Source of the DNA: a virus
Lineage: Duplodnaviria; Caudoviricetes
Direction: 5' to 3' (one strand)
DNA: 42,592 bases
IMG/VR virus record: IMGVR_UViG_3300037183_000135
Span: 1-42,592 of that record
The stretch's first letter is position 1; each line of letters opens with the position of its first letter. The translations under genes were made by a program, and so were the position numbers. Positions 25,330 through 33,894 of the stretch are shown piece by piece. Below the pieces are notes generated by a model. That model searched no databases, was not told the origin of the DNA, and was given only the letters and a program-made list of their open reading frames with translations.

Positions 25330-28107
25330 TTAAACATTTTGAGGAACGGAAGCGATTCTCCCGATCCTCACGAAGAACTTCTGCTCAGGCGCGGACAGAG
25401 CGCGGCCAACACGGACTTTGCAGGCGGCCACGTAGGAGCGCTCGCTGGGGAAGTCTGAGGAGGGGCCTGTGTTCATCGCTGCCTGATAGAGGGCCGCGGG
25501 CATGGCCGCGGACCTGACCGTGTCATGAATCCATGAAAAAACTATAAGGTCACGGGGGGTCAGGCCCGTCACCCTGTTCGAAAGGATCGAGCGCCTGGTG
25601 GCGGCGTAGAAGCGGATCAGCGCGGCGTTGCCGGAGAACCTCTTGGCGACGGCGGCGACGGAGGCCGGGCCGCGGGAGGACGTGGCGAGCAGCGTCTCGT
25701 TCATGTCCGAGTCCGAGAGGGACGGGGTGGCGGTCGGCACGTCCTCGGGCTTCGGGGCGAGCTTGTCGCCGAGGCCCTTGACGATGCCCTCGAGCAGGAG
25801 CTCCTGCGCCTTGTCGACGAGGCCCTGCATCTTGTCCGAGCCCGATGGGGCGGCAGGGGCCGGGTCGCCGATCGGCGGGACGTCGTCCTCGGCGCCGTCG
25901 TCCTTCTTCTTGCCGTCGTCGTCAGGACCCTGTCCGCCGGGGGCGTCAGCGGGCTTGCCGAAGGCGGGCTCGTCGCCGCCCCGGGACTGGGACTGATCCT
26001 GTTCTTCGGCTACGCGGGTCGAGGCCGCGAGGGGGATGCCGGTCGGGAGCGGGTCCATCGAGCGGCGGAGCATCACGGCCTCGCCGCGGGTCAGGGCGTC
26101 GGAGAACGCGACGCTGGCGGCCATGTCGTCGTTGAGGAAGTTCCTGCGCACCGCGCCCTTGAAGGCGGGGTTGCGGACCCAGGAGGCCTCGATGAAGGTG
26201 TTGCTGTTCGGGACGGAGACGTGCCCGATGAGCTCGCCGAGGCGATGTTCTACGCCCTCTTCGTCCGCGAACTTGCTCCCCTTGCCGTCGTACATGATGC
26301 ACGGGCAGAGCTGGGTGTCGTCGGACGCCACGTTGCCGCAGCGGTTGCAGCAGGTGAACAGGGATATGCAGCCCATCGAGAGCGCGGAGATATTCCCCGC
26401 CATAATGTCGCGGACCAGGATCTGGTGCTTTCTGTCCGTGGCGACGAGGATGTCGACGTAGCAGGTATTGCCGAGGTCTCGGGCAATGGCGTCGACAATG
26501 AAGCCCTTCGACAGCTCCGGGATCTGGATGTGCTCCAGGTAGTTAGGGGCGCCGATGAAGGTCCGGTAGGTAGACAGAAGCAGCGAACGCTCCCAGCAGT
26601 CCGAATTATGTACCGAGCGCCTGTTTGCCACATAGCTATGGTCAATCTCGGTCTCAAAGTTGAAGACGGTCCCGTCATACCACTTCTTCTCGATTGTCTT
26701 GATCAGGTTCGCAATGCCGTCGTCACGGGTCCTGAATTCCAGAAAACGGTTTTTCCGTCCGGATTTGGAATTACGCCAGGCGTCTTCCATGAAGCCGCCG
26801 ATCACAACCTTCTCGGCCTCGATAGCGTTGATAGTCGTCACATTGGCTACACACGACTTTGTCGGGTCATTGACGATGATCCACCCGCCGTTCCCGTCGC
26901 AAATCCGCTTACGGCCTGAACGAACTGTTCGGTGGGTGCTGGACACGACCCCGAGCCTGGCCAGCAAGACGCCCATCTGGGAGTGTAGGTCAACAGACGA
27001 AGTCGTGACTGTCAGCCACCCGCCGACCGTCTTCTTAACGGATCCATCTCCCTCAAGCCAACCTTGCACGACGAGCTTTTGGAGCTCTATCGGCCAAGTC
27101 AGGACCTCCGGGTCGAGTTTCTTCGTTCTCGCGTGCTCGCCGGCATACCTTTTGAAGAATTGGACCGCCTCAATGGCGTAGTTCGTGTAGAGCTTGATCG
27201 CGTTCTCAGAGATCGTGTGCTGACGCACCTTGATCTCAGCCCCGAACTCCGAGTCCATAAGGCGGACTATGTCGGCCGCCAGAGTGTCAACCTCGTCCTT
27301 GCATAGAGAAAACTCGACGCCGACCGGGATGTTATGCGTCTCGTCCGGGAACAAATCACGGACGTTCTTTCTAACACGGTGGAGCTTCTGCCGATGAAGG
27401 TGTCCCTCCGCCAGGTAGTAGCCGAGGAGCTTGGCCTTACCGGGGGTCACCCCGGACGGGTTCGACTCGCCGCGAAGCTTCGGATATAGGACATGGTCGT
27501 TCTCGCGGACGAGACCTGCGGACAGCCAGCCAAACTCGCCGGTGTCGACGGTCTTGGCGCCGGACTTCCTTGGCCGCGATACCCAGATCGGGTGTTCGCC
27601 CGTCACGATGAGAGGACGATGGTCTCCGCGAGACCCAATGCTGTAGATCCAGCCCCTATGAGGGTGGACGAAGGTCTTCACGACCTTCCGAACGCTCCCC
27701 GTGTGGGATATGACCTCATCACCGACAATGACGGACTCGATCGGTTTCTCGGTCCCGTCCGCCATCAAGATCATAGTCCCGGCTGGACAACAGTTGTTGT
27801 TGATAATCTCCTGACAGGCCGGCTTCACTCGGAAGTCCGGGTAGCGGACGTCGATCTGGACGCCGCGCTCCATGCGCTTGCCGGTGACGGCGCCCTTCGG
27901 GGCGTAGGTGTCGACCGAGGCGACGATCGTCGCGTGCGAGAGCAGGAACTGCTTCGGGTCGCACTTGCGAAGGACGTCCTTGGCGATTCGCCCGACGTAG
28001 TCCTTCGAGACCGCGCCCTCGTGCTGCTGGCGCAGCTCGTCCATCCACTCGTCGAACTGGATGGCAGTCTTCGAGATGATAGCGTTGGCAGTGCGTCGGA
28101 ATGACAT
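25330..28107 (-). CDS. Prohead (maturation) protease with intein
   Basis: Spliced product reads INNNSDCWER...TFIGAPNYLEH...GFIVDA...LSMGC...CNRCG...FIEASWVRNPAF; position in the head operon fits. Confidence 0.75.
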   Translation of the reverse strand: MSFRRTANAIISKTAIQFDEWMDELRQQHEGAVSKDYVGRIAKDVLRKCDPKQFLLSHATIVASVDTYAPKGAVTGKRMERGVQIDVRYPDFRVKPACQEIINNNCCPAGTMILMADGTEKPIESVIVGDEVISHTGSVRKVVKTFVHPHRGWIYSIGSRGDHRPLIVTGEHPIWVSRPRKSGAKTVDTGEFGWLSAGLVRENDHVLYPKLRGESNPSGVTPGKAKLLGYYLAEGHLHRQKLHRVRKNVRDLFPDETHNIPVGVEFSLCKDEVDTLAADIVRLMDSEFGAEIKVRQHTISENAIKLYTNYAIEAVQFFKRYAGEHARTKKLDPEVLTWPIELQKLVVQGWLEGDGSVKKTVGGWLTVTTSSVDLHSQMGVLLARLGVVSSTHRTVRSGRKRICDGNGGWIIVNDPTKSCVANVTTINAIEAEKVVIGGFMEDAWRNSKSGRKNRFLEFRTRDDGIANLIKTIEKKWYDGTVFNFETEIDHSYVANRRSVHNSDCWERSLLLSTYRTFIGAPNYLEHIQIPELSKGFIVDAIARDLGNTCYVDILVATDRKHQILVRDIMAGNISALSMGCISLFTCCNRCGNVASDDTQLCPCIMYDGKGSKFADEEGVEHRLGELIGHVSVPNSNTFIEASWVRNPAFKGAVRRNFLNDDMAASVAFSDALTRGEAVMLRRSMDPLPTGIPLAASTRVAEEQDQSQSRGGDEPAFGKPADAPGGQGPDDDGKKKDDGAEDDVPPIGDPAPAAPSGSDKMQGLVDKAQELLLEGIVKGLGDKLAPKPEDVPTATPSLSDSDMNETLLATSSRGPASVAAVAKRFSGNAALIRFYAATRRSILSNRVTGLTPRDLIVFSWIHDTVRSAAMPAALYQAAMNTGPSSDFPSERSYVAACKVRVGRALSAPEQKFFVRIGRIASVPQNV
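26605..27792 (-). mobile_element. Intein (396 aa) with LAGLIDADG homing endonuclease, in the protease
   Basis: Block A CCPAGTMILMADG, block B VTGEHP, LLGYYLAEG and GWLEGDG, terminal VHN followed by Ser. Confidence 0.92.
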
Positions 28108-28122
28108 CTATGCTCCCTCGCC

Positions 28123-28698
28123 ATGTCCAACAAAAGTCTGACGGTCCGCGGCGTACTCTGCGGCGTGAAGGAAAAAAGACTCCGGGACGGAAAGAAGGAC
28201 GTCAGGAAGGCCAGCGGCCTCAGGACAGAGGGCGTCGCCCAGAAGCGCGAAACGCCGTGGCGCCCGGAGAACCCGGGGTCCCTGAAGAGAAGGGGAGAAG
28301 GCCGGAAGGAGCTCCGGTATCTCGCCACGAAGGGCGACAAGGAGTTCCACATCTTCAACCCGGAGACGTGCCTCCACGTCGGGAAGCACGACAAGAGAAT
28401 AGGGGTCGTCTACCGATATCGGACGGACAAGTGGATGCTCCGGAACTGGGACGGAGACGGCAGCAACGTCCGGCGAGGGATCGTCGAGTGGGACAGCGAG
28501 GGAGGGGCCAAGGCACTCCGGGCCAGGTGCGTCCGGAGGGCCCTGGAGCACGCGAACATCGTCACCGTCCCGGCCTGGCTCCTGAAGGAGATGAACCAGC
28601 CCGGAAAGTGGGGAAGCCAGAAGTTCTGGGAGAAGCTCGTCGAGGCTCACAAGGTGGCCATGGACCTGGGCCTGATCCACGAGGTCATGGAGACTTGA
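28123..28698 (+). CDS. Hypothetical basic protein with VMET tag, antisense within the head module
   Basis: 191 aa, ends GLIHEVMET. Confidence 0.7.
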   Translation: MSNKSLTVRGVLCGVKEKRLRDGKKDVRKASGLRTEGVAQKRETPWRPENPGSLKRRGEGRKELRYLATKGDKEFHIFNPETCLHVGKHDKRIGVVYRYRTDKWMLRNWDGDGSNVRRGIVEWDSEGGAKALRARCVRRALEHANIVTVPAWLLKEMNQPGKWGSQKFWEKLVEAHKVAMDLGLIHEVMET

Positions 28699-29239
28699 GG
28701 GACTTCGCGCGAGCCACGGCGGCGTCGGCCGTCCTGTCGTACCAGGCCGTCACGGACTTCTTAAAAGGCCACATCCACATGTAGACGGAGCCTGTGAAGG
28801 CGGGGATGACGACATCGCGCCACCCGGCGTCGTAGACGATCTCCGGGACGTGCCCGAGCTCGGCGGCGGCCATGAGGCTCTCGGTGTAGGCCTCGCGCTC
28901 GAACGCCATCCGGAAGTAGGAGAGGCCGGCCGGGAGCGGGATGAACAGGTACATGAGCGAGAACAAGAACATCCCGTACTTGCGGCGCTGACGCATGTGG
29001 ACGCGCTCGTGACGCAGGGTGACGAGAAGGTTGAAGGGGGCGGGGTCGTCGAGCCAGGACTGCGGGGCGTAGACGGTGTAGCCGATGGTTGTGGCGAAGT
29101 CGGTGAGGAACGTCTTCGTGCGGCCGAGCGTCAGGACCCTCAGAAGGACGTCGATCACCTTCATCAGCCGGCTCCCGCCCTTCGGGAGAAGCTTGAAGTC
29201 CGGAAACTCGGAAAGGATCTCGGCTATGAGGACCTTCAC
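28685..29239 (-). CDS. HExxH zincin-like protein
   Basis: TTIGYTVY...LRHERVHMRQ...FEREAY. Confidence 0.7.
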   Translation of the reverse strand: MKVLIAEILSEFPDFKLLPKGGSRLMKVIDVLLRVLTLGRTKTFLTDFATTIGYTVYAPQSWLDDPAPFNLLVTLRHERVHMRQRRKYGMFLFSLMYLFIPLPAGLSYFRMAFEREAYTESLMAAAELGHVPEIVYDAGWRDVVIPAFTGSVYMWMWPFKKSVTAWYDRTADAAVARAKSLKSP

Positions 29240-29253
29240 CGGAGGCTGGAGTA

Positions 29254-29700
29254 TCAGGCGGTCCCCTTCATCAGGTCCGCGCAGAACTCGCGGCGCCCGG
29301 ACTGACTCCTGATCATTTCGACGTCGACCACTCCGCGGTAGGTCCGGGCCATGGAGGACAAGGAGATGGTATGGCAGATAGAGGTCTCCATATCGCCGTC
29401 CCGGACGAAGGCCACGAACCCAAGCTGAAGGTAATGAGGGGAGTCCTCCGAAAGGACGATGGCGCCGGGATGGGCGTCGACCCAGCGGCGGACGTCGGAA
29501 ACCAAGACAGCCAGGTCCGTGTGGGTCGGACGGGCCTTCGCCGTATCGAAGTATAACTCAGGACCCTCGTCCTCTTCGGCAGAATCGGCCTTGATCACGG
29601 GCTCCGAAGGGACCGGGGCCGGCGAGGGTTTCGGCCACGCCGCGGACGCGGCGCCGGTGATCAGTCCGAAGAGGCTCGGGAAGAAATATCTGCGCTCCAT
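29254..29700 (-). CDS. Hypothetical protein with signal-like N-terminus
   Basis: MERRYFF...AASAAW; preceded by GTAGCGT-N6-ATG. Confidence 0.6.
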   Translation of the reverse strand: MERRYFFPSLFGLITGAASAAWPKPSPAPVPSEPVIKADSAEEDEGPELYFDTAKARPTHTDLAVLVSDVRRWVDAHPGAIVLSEDSPHYLQLGFVAFVRDGDMETSICHTISLSSMARTYRGVVDVEMIRSQSGRREFCADLMKGTA

Positions 29701-29709
29701 GGAGGAACG

Positions 29710-31563
29710 CTACCGTCTCGCGGCGGCCCGGAGAATCGGGAGGATGACGGCGCGGGTCGAGGGGCGCGTCCGGGCGAGCCTCACCAGGACGGGCGTGATG
29801 ATGCGGCGCGCGGCCGTGCGGGTCGCCCGGAGGTCCGTGGAGGCGGCCTTCAGCTGAGGGCCCACATCATTGTAGAGCTCCTTCAGGTACTTCTTCATCT
29901 TGTCCGGGTCGTCGAGGCTCTCGCGGAGCATGTCCACGTAGTGCCTTACGGTCCATTGGAAGTGCTTCGGGTCTTGCTTCCCGTGGGTGTCGGGGGAGGG
30001 GGCCTCCGCCGAGCTGCCGTCCTCGTTCATCAGGACGTCCTCGCTGCCGTCCTCCAGGTCCACCGGCTTGACCATGGTCTGCAGGTGGTCGCGGGCGCCG
30101 GACAGGATCTCCTGCCCGCGCTTGATGAGGGCGGGGATCCGGTCGCGGATAGCGCGGATCTTGTCGCGAGTCGGCTCGATGCGGACGTCGTCCATGTCGG
30201 ACAGCAGGGCCTTGGCGCCGTCGAAGAAGTCTCGGTTCTCGCGAAACTCTTCCTCGATGTAGTGGGAGGCGTCGGTCCACTCGCGCGTCCCCTCGACGAA
30301 TTCGTCCATCGCATTGTCGTCCATACTGTAGGACGTCTGGAGGGCGGACGGGTCGTCGCTCTTCTTGTCCTTCTTGAGCTTCTTCGACATGGACTTGAAG
30401 AAGTCCTTGAAGCCGGAGGTCTGCTCGTCGGCGGACACGCGGGAGGCGACCTTGCCGAGCGCCTTGGTGCGGTCGAGGATCTTGCGTAGCTCCTCCTCCT
30501 CGGAGATGCCGTCCTCGAAGAACTTGGCGAACTCGTCGGCGTCCTCGTAGTCCGAGAGCGCGGAGCCGAGCTCCTGATCCAGGGACTTGAGAACATACAG
30601 CATCTCGTCCATGTGCTGCTCCCAGGTCTTGACGCCCGGGTTGATCACGGAGAGGCGGCCGTAGCCGGTTGAGACGGCGACCGCAGCGACGATGGCGCGC
30701 GAGGCTTCCGGAGAGGACGCGGAGAGCGACTCGGCTATAGAGAGGAGGTTGGAGGCCGCCTTCTTCCTGGCGCGCTCCTTCGAGGGAGGGGCCGGAATCT
30801 CGGCTCCCTCGGCGGGGGTCGGGACGACGGCGGCCTCGGGAAGGGCCTCGTCCCAGATGAGGTCCTTCGGCGAGATGGAGAAGCCGCAGCCGGTGCAGCT
30901 GAGGACCTTCTTGTTCGCGCGGTACGTCCTTGGCCTCATGCCATCGGCGCCGCAGCGCGGGCAGCGGATCTTGCCCATCGACTTCTCGCGCTGGGTCACC
31001 TTGTAGCGGCGTCCCTTGTCCTTCCAGTACAGGGCGAGGCGCGGGGACGGGGTCCGGCCGGCGTCGTACAGGTTGGCGACGGTGAGGCGCACGGCGTCGT
31101 CGCCGAACTTCTCGGAGAGGGCGGTCGAGAGCGACATGAAGGCCGCGATCTCGTCGAGCCCGTCGTGGTGGGCCTTGCAGGCCGCGCGCCAGAGCGGGGC
31201 CGTGGAGACCTCGTACTTGGCGGCGACGGAGGCCGTCAGGCTCTTGCGCCATTTCGCGTCGGCCTTCAGGGCGTCGACGTCGTTCTCGAACCTCGTCTGC
31301 GCCCAGCTGGAGTAGGTCTGGTCGAGGGAGAGCGGAGGGGCGACGTCGCCCGAGAGGTCGCGGATGAGCTCGGTCGGGGACTCCTGCTCGGAGCCCCACG
31401 GCCATTGGACCTGCACGGTCCCGTTGCGGTAGTCGACGAACACGACGCGGCCGGCGTAGGGGCTCGGGAAGAAGTTCCTCATATCCGTCTTCCTGACGAC
31501 ATCGCCGGACGTGAAGTCCTTCGCCGCCGCAACGTCATCCACGAATGCAAGTCGCGTATTCAT
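29710..31563 (-). CDS. Putative head-associated protein with zinc ribbon
   Basis: CPRCG...CTGCG; 617 aa within the head operon. Confidence 0.7.
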   Translation of the reverse strand: MNTRLAFVDDVAAAKDFTSGDVVRKTDMRNFFPSPYAGRVVFVDYRNGTVQVQWPWGSEQESPTELIRDLSGDVAPPLSLDQTYSSWAQTRFENDVDALKADAKWRKSLTASVAAKYEVSTAPLWRAACKAHHDGLDEIAAFMSLSTALSEKFGDDAVRLTVANLYDAGRTPSPRLALYWKDKGRRYKVTQREKSMGKIRCPRCGADGMRPRTYRANKKVLSCTGCGFSISPKDLIWDEALPEAAVVPTPAEGAEIPAPPSKERARKKAASNLLSIAESLSASSPEASRAIVAAVAVSTGYGRLSVINPGVKTWEQHMDEMLYVLKSLDQELGSALSDYEDADEFAKFFEDGISEEEELRKILDRTKALGKVASRVSADEQTSGFKDFFKSMSKKLKKDKKSDDPSALQTSYSMDDNAMDEFVEGTREWTDASHYIEEEFRENRDFFDGAKALLSDMDDVRIEPTRDKIRAIRDRIPALIKRGQEILSGARDHLQTMVKPVDLEDGSEDVLMNEDGSSAEAPSPDTHGKQDPKHFQWTVRHYVDMLRESLDDPDKMKKYLKELYNDVGPQLKAASTDLRATRTAARRIITPVLVRLARTRPSTRAVILPILRAAARR

Positions 31564-32030
31564 CTTAACCCCTGCTGGCGCATAACAAAGGCAATACGCT
31601 CATGTTCTTCAGCTGTCCCCGAGCCCTTGAGACTGTTGGCTTTATGGGAAATGACCTGGATGTTCCCGGGAACATATCCGAGCTCGGGTCGTATCCTGTC
31701 TAAGGAAGGAGAATCGGGGCCAACCTTCCCGACGTTTAGCTTCAGCGGCATTCCGAGATATGGACAGAAGTCGGGGATAGTAATATCGTCCGCGGTCAGA
31801 CGAAACGGAACCCCCTTCTTGATCGCCCTCTTCTCAGCCTCCCTGAGAACATATTTGGTCCAGTGTTGCTTAGGACGCAAGGTCCTGGAGTTGGCGTAGC
31901 ACCGATTTCGGTTGGCCTTCGCCTTCTCCGGACTATTTTGCCGAAAACGCGCCGAACGCACAGCAGAGCTCGATCGCCCGGATTCGGATCCGGGGACCAA
32001 GCTCAAGACTGGAGTCTTGGCGTTTGGCAA
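31560..32030 (-). CDS. HNH-type homing endonuclease
   Basis: CPYLG...SPSLDRIRPELGYVPGNIQVISHKANSLK; lower GC. Confidence 0.8.
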   Translation of the reverse strand: MPNAKTPVLSLVPGSESGRSSSAVRSARFRQNSPEKAKANRNRCYANSRTLRPKQHWTKYVLREAEKRAIKKGVPFRLTADDITIPDFCPYLGMPLKLNVGKVGPDSPSLDRIRPELGYVPGNIQVISHKANSLKGSGTAEEHERIAFVMRQQGLR

Positions 32031-32047
32031 GGTGGTTCACCGAAGAG

Positions 32048-32563
32048 TTACGGAGCCCAGGTCTTGGGGGTGCTCGCGGAGCGCGCCGAGCCCTGCTTGG
32101 TGCTCTTGCCCGAGGATCCGCCCGGCCAGCTCGGTTGCTTCTTCGTCGGCGCCGTCCACTCCGACAGGTCGCGGACGTCGTACTCGTTGCGCTCGGAGAC
32201 CGTCGCGGAGTTGTCCTGGTCGAAGGTCGGGACCGACTTCGAGTTGAAGCTCGGCTCCGTCTTGTGCATGTACGGCTCGTCGGACTCCACCTTCTCGGGG
32301 GCGTTGACGTTCTCGAAGGTCTTCATGTAGGGCTCGTCCGAGTCCTGCTTGATGACCTTGGAGACCTTCGCCTTGTACGCCTTGAGGCCGTTCGGGCCGA
32401 ACGCGGCGATCTGGATTCGGTCGGCCGAGGTGTCGATGAGATGGACGAGCTCCGACGCAACGCGGGCGTCGATGAATCCGGCCTTGGCGAGACGTTCCAT
32501 CTCGTTACCCGTCGAGTCGAGGGTGTCGAGGACCTGGGCAGCAATCTTCTTATTGATCGGCAT
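32048..32563 (-). CDS. Putative virion protein
   Basis: Start MPINKK with GGAG SD; internal repeat SDEPYM x2. Confidence 0.7.
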   Translation of the reverse strand: MPINKKIAAQVLDTLDSTGNEMERLAKAGFIDARVASELVHLIDTSADRIQIAAFGPNGLKAYKAKVSKVIKQDSDEPYMKTFENVNAPEKVESDEPYMHKTEPSFNSKSVPTFDQDNSATVSERNEYDVRDLSEWTAPTKKQPSWPGGSSGKSTKQGSARSASTPKTWAP

Positions 32564-32612
32564 TTGGACTCCAGCAGTTCGGGACGCGATTAATGGCCTA
32601 TGCGGGATCACC

Positions 32613-33863
32613 TCACCAGGAGGCGTCCTCCGCTGCGATGGAAGCCTTCTTGTCGCCCTTTTTCTTCATGTTCTTGAGGAACTGGGGCGGAATCTTGCCT
32701 TTGCCCTTCTTCTTGTCCTTCTTCTTCGCCGCGGCGAGGATGAAGGGACCGAGGGCGGCCTTGGCCGCGGGACTGGCGGCGGCGACCTTGAGGAGGACGG
32801 GAAGCGGAACCTCGGCGAGGTCCTCGGCCGCGGCAGTAACGGCGGGGGCGGACGCGACGCCGGCCCTCGGACTGCCGACGGAGGCGGCGTCCGAGATGGA
32901 CTGGACGGCCTCGGCCTCAGTGCTCACCAAGGACCGCAGGTTCTTGACGATCTGGAGGGCGGCGGACGGGTTGGTGTCCCGGAGGTCGCTTGCCACCTGG
33001 ACGAGCTGCTGATATGACGCGTTTTTCTTGATCATGGCGGAAGCACTCCTATTGTCGCCCTTGGGCGCCTTCATTGGAAGGACTGTGTCAGAAAAGGTGT
33101 CGTACCCCCACTTAGCCAGACGGTTCAGGAGGAGGTCGTAGGTCTCGGAGTCGATCTTCGACTGGTAGGCGTTGCCGTTCGCAGTCTGAATCGACAGGTC
33201 CAGGGCGGCGCGGAGGGGCGCATCCTTTGCGCCGTCATCCCATCCGTACTTCAGCCAGTCCTCGTCCAGTAGCTTGCCGGCGAACTTGACGATCGCGTCA
33301 TAGTCCTTGTTCGTGAAGTAACGCCTGTCCGGCAGGGCGACGGTGTTCGGGGAGTCCGTCGGGTTGCCGCGGACGTCGCGAACCCCATGATATGCTCCGG
33401 TCCTTGGGGACATCGGCGAGAACGCCCTATTAAAAGCCGCTAGGCCGAGGGCGCGATCCATCTCCTCCAGGCGGGCGGGGTCCATGTCGTAGCCGGTGTT
33501 CTTCAGAAGCTCCAAAAGGGAGGAGTCGTCGTGCTCCTTCACCAGCTTCTCGAGGGTGGCGGGAGGGACGTCGGAGGCATCAGAGAGGGCGTCGATGGCC
33601 GAGTCGAAGTCGAAGTCCTCGTCCGCCTCGTCCTCCTTCGTCATATGCTCGAGGTCCCGAAGGTACCGGTCGAGGTCGGCGTCGGAGACCGAGGACTCGC
33701 GGCGCTTGGTGGTGTCCGGATCCTTCTCGCGGACCCTTCGCCGGCGCTGCTCGTGGCGCGGGGCACGCCTCTCCTTATGCTTTCTGGAGGGGGCGGGCTT
33801 CCGGTTCAGGAGCCTGTCGGCCTCCCGGTCCTCCCTCTCGGCAGGGCTGAGGTCGTTGGGCAT
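32613..33863 (-). CDS. Putative head-associated protein
   Basis: 416 aa directly downstream of the portal; Lys-rich C-terminus GKIPPQFLKN. Confidence 0.7.
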   Translation of the reverse strand: MPNDLSPAEREDREADRLLNRKPAPSRKHKERRAPRHEQRRRRVREKDPDTTKRRESSVSDADLDRYLRDLEHMTKEDEADEDFDFDSAIDALSDASDVPPATLEKLVKEHDDSSLLELLKNTGYDMDPARLEEMDRALGLAAFNRAFSPMSPRTGAYHGVRDVRGNPTDSPNTVALPDRRYFTNKDYDAIVKFAGKLLDEDWLKYGWDDGAKDAPLRAALDLSIQTANGNAYQSKIDSETYDLLLNRLAKWGYDTFSDTVLPMKAPKGDNRSASAMIKKNASYQQLVQVASDLRDTNPSAALQIVKNLRSLVSTEAEAVQSISDAASVGSPRAGVASAPAVTAAAEDLAEVPLPVLLKVAAASPAAKAALGPFILAAAKKKDKKKGKGKIPPQFLKNMKKKGDKKASIAAEDASW

Positions 33864-33894
33864 GGATCGTCAGGCCTTAAGGGCGAAAGAAAGT

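Noticed and set aside
29867-31405. Long Arg/Pro/Gly-rich same-strand alternative frames (also 40425..42224)
   Set aside because: Typical stop-poor frames in high-GC DNA.
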